64,000 nucleotides of DNA from Daphnia carinata (taxonomy: Eukaryota), in NCBI RefSeq assembly GCF_022539665.2, contig NC_081334.1, forward strand, positions 558,001 through 622,000, given 5' to 3'. Within the stretch, counting starts at the first letter, position 1. Every line of letters begins with the position of its first letter. Below are positions 23,004 through 36,617 of this stretch, piece by piece. The notes under the pieces were generated by a model. It ran no database searches, was not told where the DNA came from, and saw only the letters and a list, made by a program, of their open reading frames with translations. Position numbers and translations under genes: made by a program.

Positions 23004-23606
23004 TCATATCCTTAAACGTTTCCCACCAGGAAGAGTACCTGGAACATCTTCTTCCCGTTTGCGCTTGGTCTTCAAATCATTTGGCCTTTCTTCGGATGGT
23101 AACTGGCGCATCAAGTCTTTGGAATTTCTATCCTTGGATCGTTTCTCGACAGGGAGAGTTGCCGGGCCATCCTCTGTCCTCTTACGCTTAGCCGCTAGTT
23201 TGGCCGGTACCACCGGACGGTCGACAGGTACCTGTGAAAGAAAAGGAGCTTTAGTCTTAAGCAAATTTTTGTCGTTACTTAGGTTTTGCGCAGCCTTGGC
23301 CTCAGCCAATAGTCTTTGGTGAGTCCGCTTCCGCTTAGACTCCAACTCGTTTTTCTCTTCCAGTGATTGTATTCTTGACACACGAACGGGTGGCTTAGGA
23401 ACTATTTCTCCGCGTCTTTCCGCCACAGTTTGAAAATGTGGTCTATGGTTGTACAGCTTACACCTAGCCAACAAACTATCAAGCAATTTCCCAGGTGGTA
23501 ACTGGAGCTTAGGATCAGGTTCTGGTTTCGGCAGCACAGGTATCCATATCCCTTGCAGCCGATTTAAATCAACCGACACTGCAAGACACGGTCGAAAGGT
23601 TGCCAT
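23004..23606 (-). CDS. 200-aa basic orphan protein, copy 2
   Basis: Translation identical to 11393-11995. Confidence 0.65.
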   Translation of the reverse strand: MATFRPCLAVSVDLNRLQGIWIPVLPKPEPDPKLQLPPGKLLDSLLARCKLYNHRPHFQTVAERRGEIVPKPPVRVSRIQSLEEKNELESKRKRTHQRLLAEAKAAQNLSNDKNLLKTKAPFLSQVPVDRPVVPAKLAAKRKRTEDGPATLPVEKRSKDRNSKDLMRQLPSEERPNDLKTKRKREEDVPGTLPGGKRLRI

Positions 23607-23744
23607 TTTCTTGGTAGCTTGTGAATAGGTAATTTAGAATGTGAGTTTGAGTATGGGAAGTAGGAGAGGTCTGCCTAGCTATTGGTTAAATAGTTCAGCA
23701 ATTAAACTTTGCTACTTTTCAAATTCAGATAGACGATTGTAGGT

Positions 23745-23992
23745 AATGCATTCCGCATGGCGCGCAGGCCACACGCGACTGTTCATCCTTGAGAAGGCCA
23801 ATAAGCCCTTGCCCGTGCAGTCTGTACACCATCCGGCGACTTTAATTTAAATTTGCTCATAGTCCGCCTTGGCTCGGCTCTCCCGCCACTCGCTTCCCCG
23901 TCAATGGGGGGTGGGATGGCCTGCGTGAGCAAGCAGGCCACCATTTGGGCAATTTACACTCAAGAACGCATTGCAGACCAGGCAAAGCCTGG
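23745..23992 (-). ncRNA. Candidate lariat-capping (GIR1/LC) ribozyme, copy 2
   Basis: Same sequence as copy 1 at an offset of +11611; omega-G at 23753. Confidence 0.8.
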
Positions 23993-24173
23993 GTTGGGCA
24001 TGCTGCAGCCAGTCTCACCTGAAGCGCACAGGTTCGTCTTGAGACTAGCCCCATGCCGCAGCATTAATGCTGCAGCCTAGGCCCATACCTTGGGGAAAAA
24101 AAATAGTTTTTAAATAATTTATCATGGGAATTTAGTCTATTTAAAAAGTACGGCTAATACTTCCCGTAAGATG

Positions 24174-24384
24174 GGCGGCAATCGCGCTTCTTCCCGCTTG
24201 ATGTCTTCGGAAATCGCCACCGAAGCACTAGATGGCGGTATCGGCGGCAATCGTGCTTCTTCCCGCTTGATGTCTTCGGATATCGCCGCGACGGCACTAG
24301 ATGGGGGTATCGGCGGCAACCGTGCTTCTTCCCGCTTGATGTCTTCGACTATCGCCGTCACAGCACTAGATGGGGGTATCGGCG
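24174..24384. repeat. 69-bp tandem repeat x3, copy 2
   Basis: Matches 12563-12773. Confidence 0.9.
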
Positions 24385-24540
24385 ACTTCGGTCCTCCTAA
24401 TATAGTAAAAGCAGTCGTGTAGTTACGATAACATCTTGGAAACTCCGTTTTTTGGCCACCAGGTGGCACCCTTCTAGTGAACTACATATTTGTCTGCTAT
24501 TGTTTTCTGCTCATTTTCAATACATTATCAAGTATATTTT

Positions 24541-26942
24541 AGTTGCTTCAGTTATTGTAAATAATAAGTAGAAAGCGAATTTAGCATAAGGCAACAAGCT
24601 TGCGATCTGTTAGTCCGTTAATGAAAGAAGTGAAATCGAAATTGTTTAACGAAAGAGTACCAATTTCATCCAAGGTAGACAGACCCGGTAGCTCTTGTTG
24701 AAACGTTAATGAAAAGCCATAATTATAATATTTTAATTTGATCGGGTTGTAGGCAACTAACTAACTGTGAACTGGTTGCAACTGAAAATGGTATCTGGAA
24801 CCAGTTCGATACGATTACAGGAAACATAATTTCCATGGACCTTTCTGTCAGGGTAGGTTGGGCAATTTGCAGAATCTGCCAATGCATACAGCAAATATAA
24901 TAGAAAGCTGGATGTGGTTAATTAATCGTTTGTTATCCAATACTAATAATTTGTTTTATTGGCAGGACATAGCATGAACATTTATCATTTTTTTTAATTA
25001 AAACAGTTTATGTGGCCCACGTCGAAAAATGGTTTTCTGTGCTGCTTCCTAGTTCCTAGAAACAAATTTTACCTCTATAACAATGGAGGCCCACTTATCA
25101 CTGTTCACGTAGAAAACGAATATGGTACGTGCGTATCTATTCATTTACCTTTCCAGAATTATATAACATAGTTTTACGGGTAGCAGGTGTGTAGTCTCTG
25201 TCGGCATGCGACAGAGACTACTCTTCTTACTGTATTTAGTGTTGTGCTCTTCTTTACTGACAGAGATGGAGATGGTTATCTCCAGTGTGAAAAAATGCCT
25301 GGAGTTTATGCAACTGTAGATTTTGGTGCTAGTATGTTTTGACGTACTGATTAGTTTTCCATTGTCCACGCTATTGATTTCTATATATTATTCAAAGGCG
25401 GAAATGCAGGAGAAGCTTTTAAGTCACAACGTCATTTTGAAGTTAGTACCCCTAGATTGAATTTTGAGTTCTACGCAGAATGGTTAGATTTGTGAGAGAA
25501 TTCAGTCGAAATTTGACGATCAAGATGTCGCTAAATCGCTGGACGATATGCTTGCGCTGAATGCATCATTTTCAATGTCCATGTCTCACGGAGGAACTTC
25601 GTTTGGACTTACCTCAGGTATAGATAAATTTATGCACTTTCATAAATTCGAGAATCTTAATGGGCGTTTACTAAAGGTGCATTGCCATCCAATACTTACA
25701 AACCTTGCATCACGTCGTATGACTGTAATGCCCCGTTAAACGAAGCAGGAGATCCAAAGGAAAAATATTTTAGCAAAGGGATGTAATCTCCAAGGTGCTT
25801 TCGAAAACTAACCGTGCAAAATGTGATTGAAACTAACTGTTTCCTGTTTATTACAGTACTTTCCTTTACCGTATTTTCCGTCTCCTGTTCCGATTCCCAA
25901 GGCAGCCTATGGATTTGTCCATTTGCATTACGTAACAAATCTGTGGGATTTATTGACAACTCCAACCGCCGGTCCTTCTGTGCATTCGGTTTGTCCGTTT
26001 ACGTTTGAAGCTTTAGGACAAACTAACGGCTACGTTTTATACTACACAAAGTTGCACGGCCATTTTTCTGATCCAGCTCTTTTGGAAATGAAGGGCTTAG
26101 CCGATCGGGCTTATATCTATATTGACATGGTAAAGACAAAATAAAAATGTGTTTTTATTTTCATTTTTCCTTTTAGTTATTGTTCAGGATGTCGGAATTT
26201 GTCGCATTGTTATCTCGAAGCGGATCGCTCTTTTCAATTCCAGTCCTAGCCGCTGACAACCAGAAACATTGCATGTTGGAAGAAAATTAAGGAAGAATTG
26301 CCTACGGCTGCGGAATAAAAGATTCCAAGGTTAGAGTCTTCCTTTGTCTTCCGTGAATAAATGACAGATTCTTAATATCAACATCGGTCATTTTGAAAAG
26401 AGACTAACAAGCCAAGTGACAATTAATGGCCAAATCGTGGTGGGCTGGACTCATCACCCTTTTTCTTTTAACGAGGCGATCAAATTGGATTGGCTGAACA
26501 AGCATGAAAAAAAAAGCTTTCTCAGCCAAAGTAACGTTGCCTTTGTTCAGGGAATCGTTTACTGTTTGGCGTAGTGAATCCGAGATAGCTGATACTTATT
26601 CGTCTTTATTAGCATGGCATAAGGTTGGTTGAAATAGTCTGGTAGGTTTTAAAAAACTTCTTTTAAAACACTTAAATATCTATAGGGCGTCGTATTCTTG
26701 AACGGCGTTATCTTGGTCGTTACTGGCCTGTCCAAGGCCCCCAAGTAACTCTCGATGTTCCAAAATACTTTCTACGAGCCTGACCGTCGAAGAATCGTCT
26801 GATTATCCTAGAACAGGATCGCTCACCTTGTAATGAAAATGCTCTAGACTGCATAGCCAAATTTGTCTCAAATCCAGTTTTAGATGGCGACACGCACGCC
26901 AAGAAAAGCTCTTTCATCAAGCTTTTTCAGAAGCGTGTTTAA
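24541..26942 (+). pseudogene. Beta-galactosidase pseudogene, 5'-truncated, copy 2
   Basis: Shares the truncation, 7-bp duplication and nonsense changes of copy 1. It has a private TGG>TGA near 26781, and its 3' part diverges from copy 1. Confidence 0.93.
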
Positions 26943-27342
26943 AAAGAAAACACTTTCTTCGGTCAAAGTCATTGCTGAAGTTAACGTTCTGGTTTTGGCA
27001 TTTACTAGTTTAACCAGAAATTCATTGCTGCCCTGGATTAGCAAAGCCTAAGGTTTGTTATACTTAAAGAACATGCAAACAGTAATTTATTATATAAACA
27101 ATAATTTATTTATTAAAGAAAATGAAGAAAAGAAAAACTTAAATTCTTGGGCCGTGCTGTTCCGGGACTTATCCTATATTGTAAATATTTAATGATGTTT
27201 AAACGTGAACAATGTAGTGTACAGTTGGAAATTTCACTGCCAGATGTCTGGTTGTTTTCAAACCGGTTTTTGATTTTCGACGAATAATATTGATTGAAGT
27301 AGGAGATCCAGGAAATCCAATCAAGTTTGTCCTTTGGAAAAA

Positions 27343-27374
<32 letters not shown>

Positions 27375-28381
27375 AAAAAAAAAGTGGATAACGCCACTCG
27401 GTAGGTTATGATTTACGGTCGTGATTACCCATGTTCGAGTCCCATTAAACGATACAATCTTCTCCTTGTTACCTTATGCATTTTCCTTGTCCCAGCTTCT
27501 TTTAAATGGCCAGCAATGATTTTATCGCGATTCATCCCTTTTTCTCTTTTTCATTCCTTTTTTTTTTAGAAATATTTTTTGAGCAGGTGTTTGATTTAAA
27601 AGAAGAAGAAGGCGGAAAGAATAGAAAGACCCTGAGGACACAATGTTATGACTTTCCCTTGGAATGCTTATCTAAAACCCGCTCCAAAAAGGCATAAGAT
27701 AGAAACGGTGTTGACCTTGTCGAAAGTTTCTCCCTCCACCGAACGTATCCATCAAGCCCCTCCGCCCTGTTAACTGGAAACCAACAGGGAGCTTTTTTAA
27801 ATTTTTTATTTTAAGTCTACCTTTCCCTACAAAATGAAATGATTTGAAAAGTTCTTTTTACTGGATCGTTAACGGTCAAGATGGTCAGCACGATTTGAAA
27901 TGCATTGGTGCAACAAAGCCAACAAATCCTAAAAAAAAAAAGAGATGACTAACAACGAAATGAGGTAATGATCAAATTTCACGCGAATGCGCTTCATTGT
28001 GCTCTATTCTTTGTAGGAAACCGAGCCTTGCGCAATAACATTTGGGGCCTAAACCAACAATGAATGGGACGCGACAGGTGGCGGTTATCTTCTTACCGTA
28101 CCAACAACTGAAGACCTTCCTTCAAAGAATAACCAAACAAAACAAAACGAATATAATAACCACTGTATTTTTATTCACGTGATTCTGGTACTAAACGGTC
28201 TTATCTTTGCAAAAGGAATCCCTTTCGAGTTGAATCATTCAATGCGAAAGTACAGCCAACATCGCTCTCTCCCGCAGGGCTCTCTGTATGCGAGTTTTTT
28301 TTTTCTTTTCTCTCGCACCTGACTGTCCGTTGCTGCCTTCAAGAACCTTGCTCAAGCCAACCGACTTCTACCTACGTGCAG

Positions 28382-28588
28382 TCAGTCAGTCGGTGCCGCT
28401 GCAACGCTCCAGTCGCATTCTTACGGACCGCTCTGCGCAGGTGTCTTTTGGAGTGGCCCCCCCCCCCCTCTCTCTCTCTCTCTCTTCTTGCTTCATTGTC
28501 GTTGAAACATCTACTTCTCTTGACTGGATTCAAGACAACGGATGACATAACGCAATAATTAAGGATTATTTTTCGCCGTTCGAAACAG
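28382..28588 (+). promoter_or_regulatory. Candidate distal Inr and non-coding leader exon of papillote (duplicated at ~16771-16975)
   Basis: TCAGTCAGTC Inr-like start and a strong AACAG|GTGAGA donor; the papillote ATG is preceded by an acceptor TTTCAG at 32674. Confidence 0.4.
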
Positions 28589-31500
28589 GTGAGATGATTT
28601 CAATTCGATTTGTCTTGTATTTTCGATTAGATAAGACATTCCTTTGTGCGTGCGGGAAAGAAATTCTTCGCCCAGGCACAACGCACTAGACGAGTGAGGT
28701 ATTCACTTTCTATTCTTCCTAAAGCGGATGAATCAAGCTCGTTCTTCTTTCACCTCCTTGGTGCGATTCAAAAAAAAAGTAGGAGACAGAAACAGCAGGC
28801 AACACTTTCTCTCTTCCATTTTTCTACGTGTGGTTCCCTTCGCAACGAATTTTATTGGCCGAAGAGAGCAAAAAAAGAAAAGGAAACGATTGAGGTGAAG
28901 GTTTGGGTTGTATCCAGCAGAGCAACTTTCACCGGTTTTTTTTTTTTTGGGTTCGCCTCTGTGTGTGTGTGTGCAGAGCTTTGAACGCTCCAACTTGTTG
29001 GCACCATCGTGATAACCAAATGGCAAAGTTAGAACCTTCTTTCGAGCTCTGCTAAAACTATTTTTCTAATGCTTCGATCGTTAAGTTATTAAACTCAGGA
29101 GAAATGAGAAAAGTGATGCATTTTTTTTTTTTAATGGACGGCCAGTAAGAGCCTTACGGGCCTACGGGGAAATTGCCTGGAAGGGCGGAAGCCATCTTCC
29201 CTATCTCTCTTTTATATCGTCCCCCCAACTTATTTATTTATTTTTTATTTGTCTTCCTTTTTCATGTACTCGGTGTGTTAAGCATCCAGTCACGTGAAGC
29301 GACGCCTCAGGCATTGTTAAATAATATTTTAAAGAAAAAAAATCAAAATATTCTTCTTTTCAGCTCCAATTTTTTCTCGCAAGTCCCTCCGAGGGAAGGA
29401 ACAATGGATGGCTAGATAGTATCAAGAAAAAGCAAAAATTAGTAGGTAGACATTTTGCCTTCCTTTTGTGTGTTTCCGCCCTCCGTTATTCTGATCACGG
29501 ACTGCCCTTTGACCGCATCGGGATCACCCAACCCGCACGCTTGCTCCCGATTCCCCACCATTGAAAAAGAAAAACCGCATTATCTCATGCTGATTGCCTT
29601 TCGAAATTTGAGAACGAATCATTGTTGCTCTGTAATCTACATAGACTCTTTATCAAAGGCTAAAGGTGTTGTGATTCTTTGACAGGTTGATGTCATAGTG
29701 GTGTGTCACCAGCAAACGAAAAGGTTCCTTTGTTTTCCTTTTTACTTCTTTACCTTGAGGCTTATGATGTTTGTTGTGTGTGAGAGGTGCGGCTGTTGCT
29801 TCTAGCTCCAACCGGATGATGATGATAACTCTTGGCTCGACTGTTGAAGGACAGGGCGGGGCATCAGTGGTGACGCCTACGCCAAGTCGCGAAAATTTAG
29901 GGCGGAGGTGATGACTGCGTTGGTTTTTTAGTATTCGCTATGATACGTCATTGTTAATTGCGTGATTTTTGTAGTGTCAGCCGCATTGCTCGTGTCTCAA
30001 GTATGGCTTTAAAAGGATCAAGGTATTATCGTCAACATTTCACTTCTGGATTTTTCGATTAAGTTTGACCGTCGGACATTGAGTGATTTTGGTTTTTGTG
30101 CAAAACAAGAAAAAAGAAAAGCGAAAGGAACTTGTGTGTTTTGTTTTTTTTTTTTTTCTCTACGTTTTCGATTTTATGGTAAATTTCATTCGATGGGTGG
30201 TCGTTGTTCGTGCTGCGGTCAACCTCCGCTTGTGTTTTTAGAAAAAAAAAATGTGTTGTAGAAAAATCACACGATTTTTTCCAGGCGAATTCCAACCGGA
30301 ACGACGGCTCAAACAAAGAAATTTTTCCCTTGTATTTCTCTTTTCCTTCGATTTCTTTTCTAAACATGTTCACTTATAATATTTATCGTGTCCCTGACCA
30401 ATCTGGCGGAATGCAGGTGCATATCCTAATAATGTGCCTCCGGCACAGACTTGCGGATGTCATTATAAGAAGAAACCATAAACCGTTAGACATTTATCGA
30501 AAACGTTTTTGTTTTTTACACAACCGAACACAGTACGGTCCATCACCTCTTCACGTTTCCACACACGGCCCGACGTGGCAGGAAAAAAAAATGGATGTGA
30601 TGAGTTGGAGAGGTGAAAGCGTCTAGCAACACCATCAACCAATTATAGGAGCCAAACAGATAGACAGCAGCCAGCATGTTGAGTGTCTGTGTGTGCCAAT
30701 AAAATGAGGAAAAAAAACAACGGGGCGGTGAGCAATAGACTTTTTGTTGTGCGTCAGTCGATGATCAAGAGAGAAGCTTTCTCCCGACATCACGAACGTG
30801 CTGGGAGGCTTTGTCATCGTACATGACTGAGAACGATGCTGGAAAGAGTAGCTTAACGTCCTTTTTCTTTATTTTCGTTGGTGAACGACCGGATGCCACA
30901 AATGCACGTAGCCTATTTCCTCCTCTCCATCAGTCTCGCTCTCATTAAACGATGCGTACTACATCAGAATTAGAGAGATCACGAAACTGTTGAAATCATC
31001 TTCCTCGAAAAGGGCGTTTCATTTTTCTTTATCCATCATATTTTTATGGGGGCTTTTTTTGTCGTTGTTCGAAAAACTGAAACAAGGTCTTGAAATGAGG
31101 TAGAGTGGAACATACGCACGCAGAGCGACGCAAAAAAAAAAAACAGGCCACGATTCACTTTCTAATGCGGGTTTTTTTTTGCGGTTAGCTGCGATAATTG
31201 TCGTCTTCAATAGACCGGGATATGTGTGTACAACGTACGCATTTTATGTTTGATCCTTCTTCTTCTTTAGAAATAACAAAATCTGAATTCTTGAGAATAA
31301 TGTAAAGCCAGTGCGCGTGCGGCCTCACGGTAATGGCGTCGGTGATGCAGAGGAACTTTAAGGCCGTCGACCTTGAATTTGAATGAGCGTGACAGCTCAT
31401 TCGTTCCCCGAAACAGAAAAGAATTAAAAAAAAAAAGACTTGTATCTAATAAATAGATATAAGACCCTCCTTTTTTAGTATCCGCCCCAAAACCCTTTTT

Positions 31501-32683
31501 TAAAAAAATGTTTTTAGTTATTTTTTATTCTTTGAAAATAAAACAAAAAAAAAAAAAAACCACCCGCTAGTTTTGGTTGCATACTGCCATTGGGAAATAT
31601 GCTGGAACAAAATAGCTGCTGGCGTCAGTTTCGAATCGAGTCGGCTTGCCAAGTTTTTTTCGTACAGCACGCAAGCTGAACGAGGTGGTGGCAGTGGCCA
31701 GAAAAATCAAGGAAACTGAAATCTTTCTCTGCAGCAAAAAGAAAGAAGATGCTGTGCCCTTATATGTTAAGACCGAGGTTGATGACGCCACCGACCATGT
31801 ACGGTGGGACCAAGGCTGTTGCAACTTTTCTTTCCGACACGGCAGCAGTTTTCCACACTGCGACTGTTGAAACATTCGAAACTCTTTGCCACGTCCAGTC
31901 GGACAGTTTGTGCTGTGTTTGTCTGTAGCTCATTTCATATTCGTGCTCACCAACGTTGTTTTTTCTTTGTTTCTTGTTGCAAAAAAAGCTCCAGGTGGAT
32001 CAAGATGAAGAAGTAAGCGAGGAGAATCAAAACCGGTCTTGTGCGCAGCCAGTTTTGCTGATCTACCCAAAATAATAGCAAAAAAAAAAAAAGAAACAGA
32101 AATAGGTAAGCTATGACTTTCGTTTGTTTTTCTCAGCAATTATATTATTGTCGTTCGTAAAAACAACATAGAGAAAGTACAGTTATAATCGCATGTATTC
32201 ACGATATCGAGGGATTTGTATGCGGGTACTGAATGAAAGTTTCAAAAGGACGTCTGCGGGATTTTTCTATTTTTTTCCTGTTATCGTAAAAAGAAAACAA
32301 TTAGACGACAAACAAATTCTTGGTTCCCATTGTCTGGTGCGTCCGTTTTCACCGTTTCTCTTCCGTTTTTTTGTCTGCAGCTATTTTACTACAACGTTGG
32401 CATTTTTGCATAGCCAACCTGTATGAAAACGAAAGCGTTCAAGATGGCTGCGTTGGCTAATGAGTCACGCTACCCACCTATACCACGGAACGCACGCTGA
32501 AAATGGCTCTCACGTTCCCGCTAGATGGCCGAACGTGACTGGCAGCGTTAATTAGTAATAGTTGTTATTTTCCATTGATTTTCACGAGCAAACAACAACA
32601 AAAAAATTTTTCCCATGGATCACATGATACTTATCTCGTGCTGTTATTGTTTTGCCTCCATTCTCTCGTTTCAGTCTATCACG

Positions 32684-35600
32684 ATGCGTCTCCTAATGAC
32701 CGCATGGAGCGTGATTGTGATGGTCGCGCTCCACTCTCCGAGTTGGATCCCCGGCGCTTTGGCCCAGTCCAACTACGCCGAGCGTGGTGTCGACATTGAG
32801 TACCAAGGCAATGGCATACCACTGGAGGCCACGTTGGACGGTGTTGTCACGAAATTGGACGATCTCACCCACGTCATCCGCACCAACAGGTCTGCTTTAA
32901 AAAAAAAAAATGAATCGGGTTTTTCTTTTTTTTTTTCGTTTGGAAGAGAACCAGGTGAACTAAATTATTCAATGTCCGATTGTTGCAACATTTTACAGGT
33001 CAGCGGCCAGCTTGAGCTGCGCTTCGCGAGCCATGGAAGTCGATTTGGAATTCTCTGAGCCTTTTTACGGCATTGTTTATTCGAATTTCGACCGGCGGAG
33101 CGCTTGCTCTTTCGTCGGCAAAGGAGGCACCAAATATCATTACGAATTCCCGCTTTCCGGATGCGGAACCATCCAGGTATATTATAAATATGTCAAATAT
33201 GTTGCATTGAAGCAAAAAATCCCGCTTGGTTTAGATATATATATATTTTTGTCGGGCGGGAGAGATTGTGAATTTTTCGTTTTGAATCACGATAGCGGCA
33301 GATGTCTAATAAATACCCGCAGAGACATCTGTTGCCGACAAAGATGATTACGGGCGGTTTTTGTGTAAACGTTAAAAACAAAACACAAAAAAGAACCCTA
33401 ATCCGTTTTTTTTTCAAGGTAAACGTTTACCTGTGGGAGCCACTTGAAATCTAAATGACTTTGGCCTTGATTCCTAAAATGGACTAATTCAACATGAGAA
33501 TAGCAGTAGCAAATTGGGAAACCCAGTGAAATTCTAAAAATAACTAAAAAAAAACATTATTGACATCTGTTTTTTTCTTTTTGGTGTGAACAACAGGACC
33601 CGACACGCGTTTTCACCAACAATATTCTCGTCCGCTTCCACCCATCTTTGGAGTTGGAGGGTGACGAAGTTAAAACGATTGTTTGCCGCTACCCGGAGCC
33701 GGTAGTGCCCCCACCACTTGGCCCGCCTCTGCCAATTTCGGTGGCTAATGTTCCGGCTACGGATCCCGTGCCCAACCGGTTAGCCGAGCCGCAAATCTTG
33801 ATGATCATCTGCGCTTTACTCTTCCTGGCCATGATGCTCTTCGGCGTCGCCTGCTCTTACTTCTGCCTGAAGCAGCGCAACATCAGACTCATCCGGCGCA
33901 GCAGGCTCATTCCGTCATCCGGACTGGGTTCAGAAATTACCGGCATTACGGATCAAACGATATTCCCTCCGTTCGCTGGCCTTAAAATCCCGCGAGCTCA
34001 TGCTTCCAGCTCCGGATCCGATCAGCAACCGATCGTCGAATCCAGCGACACGCTGCCCAGCGATTATCCATCGGAATCGCGCAGCGGGAGCGAAATGGAA
34101 GAAGGCGGAGGTTGTTACCGCCGGGACAGCACAGTCAGTTCGATTCAGCGTGAGGAAGTACCTCCGCTTCGCCGCCAGCCACCTGATCCGGATTTGTCCA
34201 GCGTCTACTCCGACGCTCACAATCAATACGACGACGACACATTCCAATTGCCGACGACGATTCCTCGCGTCGATCCCACTTTCGACGTCGCATTCCGCGT
34301 TAAAGAACGCCATCGCAGTCCGGCGCCGTCGTCGGTGACTTCGGAGGAGAGCCGAGCGCCCAGCGTGGCCAACATCCTCACGGCCCAGGAGAGAGCCTTG
34401 ACCACCATCCTGGAACGCGAAGAATGGCGCCAATCGGAAATTCAAACAGCTTCGTCGGCCACTTTGTTGGAATCTCCGCCGTTAAACGCTCCAGCGGATG
34501 CTTCAGATGGCCCACCACCTGGCTACGCTCACGTCCAGCGCAAACCGCGGTACGTCAGCCCGGCACGATCGCTGGAGAGCCAAGCCCGCTCTGTGGGCGA
34601 GATGGTTCTGAAATCGAGCCGGCCGTACGTGCCGAAACCGGAAGCGAGTTTCCGCGTGACGACCGAGATCCCCGAACGGCACGAAACGGAACGCACCCTC
34701 GTCATCAACGAAGACATCCAATTGCACACCAGCACCTTCCGTCAACTGAAGGAGGACGAAGAGACGGAAACGATGATCGTGCCCACTCCCGAACGTCCGG
34801 TTCCTCCCCCGAAACTCAGCACGCAAGAAGTCGACGATTTGTACTTGCAGACCATCACCGAAACGCGCATCATCGACGAGGAGGAGCGCATCCGCCGCCA
34901 GAAGACGGAATATCTTCAACGTGCTAGGCCGGCTGCTTTGCCGCCCAATTGGGACGTGGCCATCCGCACTCATCCACCTGCCCAGCCGCCGCCACGATCG
35001 CCCAGCGACACCACCGTGTCCACCATGCCGGATTGGGACATCAAGATCCGGCAGTATCCGCCCGTTTACGAGCCGCGCACTCCTAGCGAGTCGACCAATT
35101 GGGACGGAATGAGTCACATGACTGAGCCACAACCCGCACCGGAATTCGACGTCACCATCCGTCAATATCCGCCTGTTTACGAGCCTCGCACTCCGAGTGA
35201 ATCCACCGTGTGGGACGTGATGAGCCAAGTTGATCCGCAACCGGTTCCTGATTTTGACGTCAAGATCCGCCAGTATCCACCAGCTTACGAGCCGCGCACT
35301 CCGAGCGAGTCGACCAATTGGGACGGAATGAGCCACGTAGAGCCGCAACCTCCTCCAGATTTCGATGTGACCATCCGCCAATATCCGCCCGTCTATCAGC
35401 CCCGCACTCCTAGCGAATCCACCGTCTGGGATGGAATGAGCCAAGCTGATCCGCAACCGCCACCGGATTGGGATGTGACCATCCGTCAATATCCGCCCGT
35501 CTACGAACCACGCAGCCCTAGCCAATCCACCAACTGGGACGGAATGAGCCAAGCCGAACCCAATCCACCGACGGAACAGCCTCCGGATTGGGACGTCAAG

Positions 35601-36617
35601 ATCCGTCAGTATCCACCCATCCATTCTCCTCGCGTGCCGAGCGAGAGCACAGACTGGGATCCTTCGGAGTACGCTCGATCCATCAGCGAACCTCCGCCTC
35701 CCAACTGGGACGTCCTGGTCCGTGTTTTGAATCCACCCGTGCCCGAATATATCACGGACGACGATGATGCAACCTCGATTTTGACTATTGAAGATCGTCA
35801 GAAATGGCAGCAGATTATCACGACGGAATCGACGCTTCGAACAATGCTGACGGAAGCTGTCGTCCGCGAAGATTTCGAACGCATCCGCCGCGACACCCGC
35901 TTCCAGCGCGTTTTCGAGCCCAAGAAATGGGATGTTATTATCCGCGTGTTATCCGCTCCGATTCATCCGAACAGAGACGATTCGAGCGACACTCGTTCCG
36001 AGACGACCGTCAACTCGGAGCCCATCCGGCCGCACCGCCGAGATCCGCGCAGCAGCCGCAGCAGTTCGTTAGCTCCCGTTCACGAAGCGGAGTTCATCCG
36101 GATGACTGCGTCTCACACAGTAACGAACCACGAATTCCGGTACCATCAGCGAGGCGATCCGGATGTGTGGAGCGAAGCTAGTGCCAATACGCATCGATCG
36201 AGCGCGTATCCGCGCAGCACGGCGGATCGATCGATGCACAGCGAAATGGTGGACCATCTCGATCGACGACCTCCGCACGAATGGGACGGCTACTCGGAAG
36301 ATGGAACGAGCCGTCCGTCTTTGGCTCGCAGCACTTCCGAGTTCACGGAGAATTGGCAACAGCGACTGCCTTACGATCGCGTATCGAACGCAAGCGAGAA
36401 TTTCTCCACGGCCTCCTCGTCCCGGCCGAATAACCGAGCTGGACGGAGGCCAGTGCTTGAACGCTCGTCAACCGAAGTGATGGAAGATGTGCCACAAAGC
36501 GAAGCCGGAAGAGACAGATCGAGCACGAACAGCAGCGATTCGTCGCGTGATTTCGCCCGCCGCGTCCCGTACGAACGCATTTCTTCCAGCGAATCGGAAT
36601 CCGGCGCCAGGGAATAG
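32684..36617 (+). CDS. pot: Papillote-like ZP-N transmembrane protein, ~1134 aa; exons 32684-32889, 32999-33176, 33597-36617
   Basis: Signal peptide, then QSNYA...PLEATLDGVVTKLDD, ZP-N cysteines (LSCAS, SACS, SGCGTIQDPTRVFTNNILVRFH, TIVCRYP), TM ILMIICALLFLAMMLFGVACSYFCL and a long Pro/Ser-rich tail with WDV.IR motifs. Splice phases are consistent. Confidence 0.88.
35028..35660 (+). repeat. Coding tandem repeat, ~6 x 36-40 aa, in the papillote cytoplasmic tail
   Basis: Unit P(D/E)(W/F)DV(K/T)IRQYPPVYEPRTPSEST(N/V)WDGMS..PQP. Confidence 0.95.

Larger units (their letters stand above)
21927..24540 (-). mobile_element. Foreign 2.6-kb cassette, copy 2
   Basis: Near-identical to 10317-12929 with the same breakpoints. 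Confidence 0.6.
18368..30134. repeat. Tandem segmental duplication unit B (~11.8 kb)
   Basis: Junction GGAACTT-G-ATGCGA at 18368 joins the homolog of 30127-30134 to the homolog of 6897 onward, with 1-bp microhomology. Confidence 0.95.

Noticed and set aside
34503..35624. 373-aa antisense ORF
   Set aside because: Shadow of the GC-rich repetitive papillote exon.
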